This document shows positions 56,936-64,000 of a DNA stretch of 64,000 nucleotides, piece by piece (the first letter of the stretch is position 1; every line of letters begins with the position of its first letter). The notes beneath the pieces are model-generated. The model did no database searches. It had not been told where the DNA came from and saw only the letters and a list, made by a program, of their open reading frames with translations. Made by a program: the position numbers and the translations under genes. This stretch comes from Candidatus Moraniibacteriota bacterium (GTDB taxonomy: Bacteria > Patescibacteriota > Minisyncoccia > Moranbacterales > UBA11712), in assembly GCA_030679895.1 (NCBI GenBank), contig JAUXSN010000039.1, positions 34,128 to 98,127 on the forward strand, read 5' to 3'.

Positions 56936-59197
56936 ATGCAACTAAAAAAATACCAGCAAAAAGCCATTGAGAATCTCAGCGAATATTTAAAAAGGGTCGA
57001 GGAAACCGATCCAAAGACGGCTTTTATTTATGCCGCTGAAATGCCCTATAATTCCGATTTTTACGGCGACGTTCCTTTTGTTTGCGTGAAAATTCCAACC
57101 GGCGGCGGAAAAACTTTAGTCGCTTGCCATGCGGTCGCGAAGATTATGCAGACAATTCTCAAAAACAAAATGGATCGGGGAATTGTGATGTGGTTTGTGC
57201 CGTCTGAAGCCATAAAAAGCCAAACACTTCGAAAACTGAAAGACAGAACCGATTGGCACAGAAAAGCTCTGGATGAAGCTTTTGAAAATAAAGTTAGAAT
57301 TTTTTCTAACGAAGAAGCCTTGCGAATCAGGAAAGAGGATGTTTCCGACAATATTTGCGTTGTCATTTCCAGCTTGGACGCTTTTCGGAAAGAAAAGCAG
57401 AAGCGGGGAAAATATAAAGTATATCAGGAAAACGGGTCGCTCTTGAGCCATTTTGAGAATATGAAAGATGATAAGGCTTTGGAAAAAGACGAGCAGAAAA
57501 CAGTCATCAATTCCTTGGCGAATGTTGTCCGAATGAGCAACCCTCTTGTTGTTCTTGATGAGGGCCAACGAGTGCAATCCTTCATTTCAATCGAATTTAT
57601 CAAAGACTTAAATCCAAGCTTTATTATTGAATACACTGCGACTCCTCGAAGCGGAAGCAATATTTTGGTGGATATTCATTCCGGAGAATTGAAAGAAGAA
57701 GAAATGGTGAAAATCCCGATAGTTCTTGAAAGTTCGCTGCATTGGGAGCAATCAACCGAGGCGGGAATAAAAAAACGAAAAGAGCTCGAAAAAATTGTCA
57801 AAAAAAGCGGGGAATATATCCGTCCGATTGCTCTTTTCCAAGCCGAGCAGGAAAAAGAAAGTGAAAAAAAGATAACCGTTGGAAAGATAAAAGAATTTTT
57901 GATGAAAGCAGGAATTCATGAAGACGAAATCGCAATCAAGACTGCGAGCCGCAATGATATTGAAAACGTCAATCTTTTCAGCAAAAAGTGCAAAATAAAA
58001 TATATTATTACCGTTAATGCTCTGGCAGAAGGTTGGGACTGCTCTTTTGCTTACATTTTGGTTTCGGTTGCCAATATTGGCTCAAAAATTGCTGTGGAGC
58101 AGATAATCGGCCGGATTATGCGGATGCCGAATGCCAAGAGAAAGAAAGACGAAGATTTGAACAGATGCTATGTTTTTGCTTCGGCTAGAAATTTCAACGA
58201 AGCAGCCAATCAAATAATTTCCGGACTTGAGAAAAATGGATACAGCCGCGGCGATGTTATCAACGCCAACCAAAAAAATCAGAAAGACGAGTTTGTGATC
58301 GAAAGAAGGGTTCGAAAAGATTTTTCTGTTCCTATTATGTCCCTTGAGGGCGATAAATTATCTTTCGAAGATTTGGTTGGTGAAAATTTTGAACTTGCCA
58401 AGCAAAACCATGAGTTTGAATTCACGACGCACTATGACAGCGATGGCAGGGCAATTATTGATATTAAAGATGACAAATGGGTGCGAGGCATTCAGCAAAA
58501 TTTGAATTTGAATTATGGCGACAAAAATTTCACGAAAGTCGAGCTGGTCAACTGGCTGGACCGAAAACTTCACTTCACAATTCTTGAGCAGAAAGACAAG
58601 AGGGCTTTTCTTGAAAAGGCTGTTGATTATCAGCTGAAAAGTTTCAGCGTTACGGATCTTTCGGTCAATCGCTATGTTTTTATGGCAAGATTGGACGAAG
58701 TAATTCACAATCTTTTGGAGGAATACGCCAAGAAAAGGTTTGATAAATTTATTGCCAATAAGAAAATTATCTTGAAAAATTTTGATAAATTTCCGGAAAA
58801 AATAATCATCAATCAGGAAATTCCGGAGGAATTCGGCAAAAACTATTATCAAAAGATTGATAAACTGAATAAAGAGGAATTATCTTTCATTGAGAGAATT
58901 GACCTTGATTCTTTGCCGAATGTAGAATTTTGGATCAGAAATCGTGAAAAGAAAGACCCTTTTTATATCCAAGGATGGCGAAAAGGAAAATTCTATCCCG
59001 ATTTTGTTGTACTCACGAAAAAAGGAAACATTGTGGCTTGCGAGTGGAAAGGCGAGGATAGAATCAGCAATGATGATACGAAATACAAGGAAGAAATCGG
59101 AAAAATTTGGGAAAGTTTAGGAAAAGGGAAAACGCATTTCTTTCTGGCGAACAATAAAAATGTCGAGGAAGTTTTGAGTGGGATAAAAAAATTGTAG
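56936..59197 (+). CDS. res: Type III R-M restriction helicase/endonuclease
   Basis: PTGGGKT, DEGQ, TAT, EGWD, QIIGR and C-terminal YPDF...EWKG. Confidence 0.9.
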   Translation: MQLKKYQQKAIENLSEYLKRVEETDPKTAFIYAAEMPYNSDFYGDVPFVCVKIPTGGGKTLVACHAVAKIMQTILKNKMDRGIVMWFVPSEAIKSQTLRKLKDRTDWHRKALDEAFENKVRIFSNEEALRIRKEDVSDNICVVISSLDAFRKEKQKRGKYKVYQENGSLLSHFENMKDDKALEKDEQKTVINSLANVVRMSNPLVVLDEGQRVQSFISIEFIKDLNPSFIIEYTATPRSGSNILVDIHSGELKEEEMVKIPIVLESSLHWEQSTEAGIKKRKELEKIVKKSGEYIRPIALFQAEQEKESEKKITVGKIKEFLMKAGIHEDEIAIKTASRNDIENVNLFSKKCKIKYIITVNALAEGWDCSFAYILVSVANIGSKIAVEQIIGRIMRMPNAKRKKDEDLNRCYVFASARNFNEAANQIISGLEKNGYSRGDVINANQKNQKDEFVIERRVRKDFSVPIMSLEGDKLSFEDLVGENFELAKQNHEFEFTTHYDSDGRAIIDIKDDKWVRGIQQNLNLNYGDKNFTKVELVNWLDRKLHFTILEQKDKRAFLEKAVDYQLKSFSVTDLSVNRYVFMARLDEVIHNLLEEYAKKRFDKFIANKKIILKNFDKFPEKIIINQEIPEEFGKNYYQKIDKLNKEELSFIERIDLDSLPNVEFWIRNREKKDPFYIQGWRKGKFYPDFVVLTKKGNIVACEWKGEDRISNDDTKYKEEIGKIWESLGKGKTHFFLANNKNVEEVLSGIKKL

Positions 59198-59236
59198 ACT
59201 TTCCTTACACTTAGTAAACCACAATAATCCGGAAAA

Positions 59237-59290
59237 GCGCGCCGATGAACGAAAAGAGGGTGGAAATTGAGATAAAATAGCGATTGGGGG
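59237..59290 (+). repeat. 54-bp direct repeat, right copy
   Basis: Matches 52407-52460. Confidence 0.95.
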
Positions 59291-59320
59291 CGCTATTTCC
59301 GCCTGTTGGGATAGTCTGGG

Positions 59321-59349
59321 TTGACAAAAAAAAATAAAACCGTTAATAT
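59321..59349 (+). promoter_or_regulatory. Sigma70 promoter of the infA cluster
   Basis: TTGACA-17-TAATAT. Confidence 0.7.
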
Positions 59350-59482
59350 ACATAAAGAGATCAAAAAAAGCCGAAAAATACAGTCATTCAAGCAATCGGA
59401 TTGAAGTGCCCTATAAAATCGCTTTTAAAAAAGCAGGGCATTGGCCTTTGTTTTAATATTGGGCGTTTCAGACAACGCAACT

Positions 59483-59701
59483 ATGTCAAAAGAGAAAGAA
59501 ATTATAAAACTTCAGGGCTTGGTCAAGGAGACTCTGCCCAATACAACCTTTCGGGTTGAACTGGAAAACGGCCATGAGATACTGGCCCATATATCAGGCC
59601 GAATGAGGGTGAATTATATCCGGCTTCTCCCCGGTGACGGGGTTATGGTTGAAATGAGTCCGTATGATCTTACTAAAGGAAGAATAGTCAAAAGATTGTA
59701 A
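59483..59701 (+). CDS. infA: Translation initiation factor IF-1
   Basis: [23 protein letters not shown]...[10 protein letters not shown]. Confidence 0.97.
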   Translation: MSKEKEIIKLQGLVKETLPNTTFRVELENGHEILAHISGRMRVNYIRLLPGDGVMVEMSPYDLTKGRIVKRL

Positions 59702-59716
59702 TTTACAGAAAATTTT

Positions 59717-59830
59717 ATGAAAGTTCGCGCGTCCGTCAAAAAAATTTGTAATAAATGCAAAGTCATAAAAAGGAAAGGAAAACTTTTTGTTATTTGCAGT
59801 GTGCCAAAACACAAGCAAAGGCAAGGATAA
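59717..59830 (+). CDS. rpmJ: 50S ribosomal protein L36
   Basis: [37 protein letters not shown]. Confidence 0.97.
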   Translation: MKVRASVKKICNKCKVIKRKGKLFVICSVPKHKQRQG

Positions 59831-59849
59831 TTTTTACGCGACATAGTTT

Positions 59850-60239
59850 ATGGCAAGAATCGCCGGGGTATCCATACCTGATGACAAAAGAATAGAAATT
59901 TCCCTGACTTACATACACGGGATAGGGAAATCAAGAAGCGGCAAAATACTGGCTGCTTTAAAATTGGATCCGAACACGAGAGCTAAGGATCTTGACGAAA
60001 GCGTGGTTAACAGCCTGAAGGATTATATTGAGAAAAATTTTACCATCGAAGGCGAACTGAAGCATCAAAAACAGACGAATATAAAAAGATTGAAAGATAT
60101 CGGATGCTATCGCGGAACGAGACATATGAAAGGATTGCCGGTACGAGGGCAAAGGACAAAGACCAACACAAGAACGGTCCGCGGCAATATCAGAAAGACG
60201 GCCGGAAGCGGACGAAAATCGTCAACGGAAAAAACGTAG
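59850..60239 (+). CDS. rpsM: 30S ribosomal protein S13
   Basis: [24 protein letters not shown]. Confidence 0.98.
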   Translation: MARIAGVSIPDDKRIEISLTYIHGIGKSRSGKILAALKLDPNTRAKDLDESVVNSLKDYIEKNFTIEGELKHQKQTNIKRLKDIGCYRGTRHMKGLPVRGQRTKTNTRTVRGNIRKTAGSGRKSSTEKT

Positions 60240-60272
60240 TCTCTGCGAATTTATTTGTAAAATTTTTAAATA

Positions 60273-60818
60273 GTGACCAAGAAAGAAGAGAAAATCAATA
60301 ATAAACCGGAACTAATTGATGAAAAATCAGAGGTTGTTGTTATTGAAAAAAACGCGGCGGAAGTAAAGAAAGATGCTGGAAAAAAAGAATCCGCCTCTTC
60401 GGCGGACATGGCGGAAGGGGAAACCGCGGAAAAGAAACCGATTGTCAAGAAAAAGAAAAAAATTCGCCGGCAGATTCTCAAAGGCCAGGCTCATGTAAAA
60501 TGCAGTTATAACAACACAATCGTCGCTTTTTCGGATCTTAGCGGAAAAATTTTATCCTGGTGCAGCGCCGGATCGCTCGGATTCAAGGGGGCGAAAAAAG
60601 CGACTCCTTATGCCGCCACTCAAATAGTGAACACGGCCGCTGAAAAGGTCGCGAAATACGGATTGCGCGACATTGATGTTTACGTAAAAGGGGTGGGATC
60701 AGGAAGGGAAGCTTCAATCAGGGCTCTGGCTAACAATGATTTTGAGATAACATTAATTAAGGACATAACCCCGATTCCGCATAACGGATGCCGGCCTAGA
60801 AAACCGAGAAGGGTATAA
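60273..60818 (+). CDS. rpsK: 30S ribosomal protein S11 (N-terminally extended; start uncertain)
   Basis: YNNTI, GFKG.KK.TPYAA, DITPIPHNGCRP. Confidence 0.95.
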   Translation: MTKKEEKINNKPELIDEKSEVVVIEKNAAEVKKDAGKKESASSADMAEGETAEKKPIVKKKKKIRRQILKGQAHVKCSYNNTIVAFSDLSGKILSWCSAGSLGFKGAKKATPYAATQIVNTAAEKVAKYGLRDIDVYVKGVGSGREASIRALANNDFEITLIKDITPIPHNGCRPRKPRRV

Positions 60819-60825
60819 AAAAATA

Positions 60826-61464
60826 ATGAGCAGTAATTCCAATAAAAAATGCCGGCTTTGCCGCCGAGCCAAAGAAAAGCTTTTTTTGAAAGGCGATCGT
60901 TGCGGCACGCCTAAATGCGCCATGGTTCGGCGCGCTTATCCGCCCGGCGTCCACGGAGCCAAAGGAAAGAAAGCGCTTAGCGAATTCGGCCAGCAGCTTC
61001 TTATGAAGCAAAAAATCAAAAGGATATATAATGTCCTGGAGAGGCAGTTCAAGAAATATTTTAAAGAAGTCCAGAATAAACCGGGTGTTACCGGAGATTT
61101 ATTGCTGCAAAAACTGGAAATGAGGCTTGATAACGCGGTCTATAGAGCAGGTCTGGCAGCGAGCAGAAGGCAAGCCCGCCAAATTGTTATGCATTCCCAT
61201 TTTTTTGTTAACGGCAAGCGAGTGAATATACCGTCTTATGAAGTGAAAGCCGGGGATCTAGTGGAAGTGAAGCAAAATAAGATAAATAAAGGATATTTTC
61301 TCAAAACAGCCGAGATCCTAAAAGGCAAGAAAGGGATGAAATTGCCTTCCTGGTTCGAAGTGAATACTGAAAAAATGTCGATTTTGATCAAGTCAAAACC
61401 CGCCAAGGAGGATTTGAATATAGATGTTGACGCCCAAATGGTAGTTGAATATTATTCAAGATAA
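60826..61464 (+). CDS. rpsD: 30S ribosomal protein S4
   Basis: CRLCRR, PPGVHG, LEMRLDN, VVEYYSR. Confidence 0.98.
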   Translation: MSSNSNKKCRLCRRAKEKLFLKGDRCGTPKCAMVRRAYPPGVHGAKGKKALSEFGQQLLMKQKIKRIYNVLERQFKKYFKEVQNKPGVTGDLLLQKLEMRLDNAVYRAGLAASRRQARQIVMHSHFFVNGKRVNIPSYEVKAGDLVEVKQNKINKGYFLKTAEILKGKKGMKLPSWFEVNTEKMSILIKSKPAKEDLNIDVDAQMVVEYYSR

Positions 61465-61488
61465 CTCTAAATTGCTTAAGATAAAAAA

Positions 61489-62475
61489 ATGATAAAGGTA
61501 TCAATGCCCAAAAAACCAAGCTATATTGAAATTCGTGACAATATGGCAAAAATTGAAATAGACGGCTGCTATCCCGGATACGGAACAACGCTGGGAAACG
61601 CGATAAGGCGGGCTCTTTTATCATCGCTTACCGGAGCGGCCGTGACATCGGTTAAGATCAAGGGAGTTTCGCATGAATTTTCGACTCTTCCCGGAGTGCT
61701 GGAGGATGTTATCCAGATAATATTGAATCTCAAAAAAGTGAGGTTTAGGGTCCACAAGGATGAACCGATAAAACTTACGCTCAAGGAAAAAGGGATAAAA
61801 GAAATTACAGCCGCTCATATCCAGTGTCCGGCCGACGCGGAGGTTGTTAACAAAGAGATGCCCATAGCCACCATCACCGACAAAAAAGGAGAACTGGAAA
61901 TAGAAATCGAAGTGCAAAAAGGCCTGGGTTATGTGCCGGTCGAACAGCAAGAAAGAGAAAAAAAGGAGATCGGGCTGATTGCTATCGATGCTATTTACAC
62001 CCCGATAAGGAGAGTCAATTATACGGTCGAGAACACGCGTGTCGGAAAAAGAACTGACTATGACAAAATAACGTTTGAAGTTGAAACAGACGGAACGATA
62101 TCTCCCAAAGAGGCATTTGAGAAAGCGATGCAAATAATCATTGAACAATTTGAAGCAGTGAGCAGTTTCGAAGAGGAAACAAAAAAGCAGGAGAAAAACA
62201 TAAAGCCGGAAGAGACGGGGGAAAAGGATCTGGAGGAAACAGCAAGGAAATCGAAAGAAGAGTCGGATAAGGGCGACGTAATGGCCAAAAGAGTTGAAAC
62301 AATCGCTTTTTCCACAAGAACGGCAAATGTGCTGGAGAAAAATAATATTGAAACAGTTGCTGATCTGGTTGAATTAAGCGAAGAAGATCTGATGGAAATG
62401 GAAGGCATGGGAGGAAAAGGAGCGAAAGAAATTAAAAAAGCGATCGGAAATTTCGGACTAACATTGAAGTCATAA
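61489..62475 (+). CDS. rpoA: RNA polymerase subunit alpha
   Basis: GYGTTLGNAIRR, HEFST, alpha-CTD. Confidence 0.98.
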   Translation: MIKVSMPKKPSYIEIRDNMAKIEIDGCYPGYGTTLGNAIRRALLSSLTGAAVTSVKIKGVSHEFSTLPGVLEDVIQIILNLKKVRFRVHKDEPIKLTLKEKGIKEITAAHIQCPADAEVVNKEMPIATITDKKGELEIEIEVQKGLGYVPVEQQEREKKEIGLIAIDAIYTPIRRVNYTVENTRVGKRTDYDKITFEVETDGTISPKEAFEKAMQIIIEQFEAVSSFEEETKKQEKNIKPEETGEKDLEETARKSKEESDKGDVMAKRVETIAFSTRTANVLEKNNIETVADLVELSEEDLMEMEGMGGKGAKEIKKAIGNFGLTLKS

Positions 62476-62479
62476 CAGG

Positions 62480-62857
62480 ATGAAGCATCTAAAAAAGGTC
62501 AGAAAATTTAGCCGGGAGAAAAAGCAGAGAGAAGCAATGCTGAAAACTATGCTGGGAAGCTTTATTTTGAAAGAAAAAATCACAACAACGGAAGCGAAAG
62601 CGAAAGAGCTGAAAAGAATATGCGACCGGCTGTTTGGAAAAGCCGTAAAAGCGATTTCTCAAGGAGAAAAAAAAGACAAACTGGCGGCTCTGCGGCTTTT
62701 GTCTTCCCGCCTGCCGAGAAATATCAGGGTTGATAAGATAAGAAAACTAGCCGAAAGTTTTTCCGCGAAGAAAAGCGGTTTTACCAGAATAATAAAAAAA
62801 GGAGCCCGGCGTTCGGACAGCGCGAAAATGGCAATAATCGAAATAATCAAGGATTAA
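62480..62857 (+). CDS. rplQ: 50S ribosomal protein L17
   Basis: ITTTEAKAKE, GFTRIIK, RRSDSA. Confidence 0.95.
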   Translation: MKHLKKVRKFSREKKQREAMLKTMLGSFILKEKITTTEAKAKELKRICDRLFGKAVKAISQGEKKDKLAALRLLSSRLPRNIRVDKIRKLAESFSAKKSGFTRIIKKGARRSDSAKMAIIEIIKD

Positions 62858-62880
62858 TTCACCAAGACGTTTATCTTTTT

Positions 62881-63297
62881 ATGAAAAGCAAGAAACCAAA
62901 AGCATCAAGAAAATATTTCCTTTTTGACTGCGATGATTTTATCCTCGGAAGAATGTCGACGCGAGCCGCTTTCCTTCTACAAGGGAAGCATAAACCCGAT
63001 TATCTCCCGAATAACGACCAAGGCGATTTTGTTGTGGTGATAAACAGCGACAGAGTCCGTGTTACCGGGAATAAACAGGAAAAGAAGATGTACCATTCTT
63101 TTTCCGGTTATCCGGGAGGGATTACGTCCCGCACGCTGAAAGACAAGATAAAGCTGGATTCACGCGAAGTTATATCCGGATCGATCTATGGCATGCTGCC
63201 GAAAAATAAGCTAAGAGACCGGATGATGAAAAGGCTTCTGATATTCAAAGATAAGGAGCATGGCCTCAAGGAGAAACTGGAAATAATAGATAACTAA
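62881..63297 (+). CDS. rplM: 50S ribosomal protein L13
   Basis: LGR, GKHKP, GDFVVVIN, SGYPGG, GMLPKN. Confidence 0.97.
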   Translation: MKSKKPKASRKYFLFDCDDFILGRMSTRAAFLLQGKHKPDYLPNNDQGDFVVVINSDRVRVTGNKQEKKMYHSFSGYPGGITSRTLKDKIKLDSREVISGSIYGMLPKNKLRDRMMKRLLIFKDKEHGLKEKLEIIDN

Positions 63298-63317
63298 CTA
63301 GCGGTTAATAATTACCA

Positions 63318-63743
63318 ATGGCGGAAAAAAAAGAATCAAACAAGTATTTTAAAGGGATCGGCCGGAGAAAATCATCTGTGGCGCAAGTCAGGCTTTTTGT
63401 TTCTCCGGGAAAGAAATCTTCTCCGGGAGATATTTCAATCAATGGGCGGGCAGTTAATGATTTTTTCGGGTTAAGCGAGCTTCGAAGTATCGCCTCTATA
63501 GCCCTGGAGAGCGTTGGGACGACGTCAGCCTTCAAAGTGACTGTAAACGTAAAAGGAGGCGGAATACGCGGCCAGGCGGAGGCTATTCGCCTGGGAATCG
63601 CGCGAGCTCTGGTCGTCTTCGACGAATCCTTCAAAAAACCGCTGCGAGACCTCGGATATTTAACGAGGGACGCGAGGATTGTGGAAAGAAAAAAACCGGG
63701 CCTCAAAAAAGCGAGAAGAGCTCCACAGTGGGCCAAACGATAA
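63318..63743 (+). CDS. rpsI: 30S ribosomal protein S9
   Basis: GRRKSS, GGGIRGQA, ERKKPGLKKARRAPQWAKR. Confidence 0.98.
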   Translation: MAEKKESNKYFKGIGRRKSSVAQVRLFVSPGKKSSPGDISINGRAVNDFFGLSELRSIASIALESVGTTSAFKVTVNVKGGGIRGQAEAIRLGIARALVVFDESFKKPLRDLGYLTRDARIVERKKPGLKKARRAPQWAKR

Positions 63744-63767
63744 CTCTTTTTTTCGTGTCTTACTCAA

Positions 63768-63800
63768 AGCCTCATCCCCGCGGTGAGGCTTCTTTTATTT
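63768..63800 (+). terminator. Intrinsic terminator
   Basis: aagcctca-tccccgcgg-tgaggctt-cttttattt. Confidence 0.75.
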
Positions 63801-63807
63801 GAACTTT

Positions 63808-63826
63808 CCTAACATTGAATGTTAGG
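63808..63826. repeat. REP-like palindrome
   Basis: cctaacat-tga-atgttagg. Confidence 0.75.
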
Positions 63827-63848
63827 GTAATATTAAATTTACTCAAAA

Positions 63849-63998
63849 TTACCCTCCAAAGAAGCCAGTTTTTTCGGGCAGTTGCATTTGAAACAAAGTA
63901 TTCGCGGAGTTTCCGCTGCCTGTAAAATAATAGTATTCATTTCTTGAATCATAAGCCGCCGGAAAAATGTCCAGATTGTTTTCGAAAATATTTGCCGA
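63849..63998 (-). CDS. C-terminal fragment of a gene continuing beyond the window
   Basis: Open frame SANIFENNLD...EKTGFFGG followed by a stop. Confidence 0.4.
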   Translation of the reverse strand, partial: SANIFENNLDIFPAAYDSRNEYYYFTGSGNSANTLFQMQLPEKTGFFGG

Positions 63999-64000
63999 GA

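Larger units (their letters stand above)
52461..59236 (+). mobile_element. Integrated defence island
   Basis: Bounded by 54-bp direct repeats; AT-rich core; carries type III R-M; no integrase visible. Confidence 0.75.

Overview
Bacterial chromosomal window, almost entirely + strand. Gene content and style point to Patescibacteria/CPR (Parcubacteria-like); this taxonomy is inferred, not checked. In order, it contains: a hyaluronan-synthase-like GT2 polysaccharide module; a SipW/TasA-like fibre operon; an array of accessory genes (alarmone synthetase, caspase-like peptidase, zeta toxin, L,D-transpeptidases) bounded by recurring palindromes; tRNA-Thr, rpmG and tRNA-Trp; a MacAB-like ABC exporter; a REP-associated tyrosine transposase; GC-rich secreted-protein islands; a surface polysaccharide/rml locus; an amidase; an FtsA-like plus baseplate-J-like pair; a 6.8-kb defence island (Clp-fold protease module plus type III R-M) between 54-bp direct repeats; and the infA-rpsI ribosomal cluster. 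The strongest novelty candidates are two promoter-driven structured RNA candidates on the minus strand (43.72-43.96 kb, with a closing helix and pseudoknot, and 26.47-26.69 kb), a tandem RNA motif at 29.26-29.35 kb, the palindrome-bounded cassette array, and the protease-TIGR04255-like-membrane protein module in the defence island.
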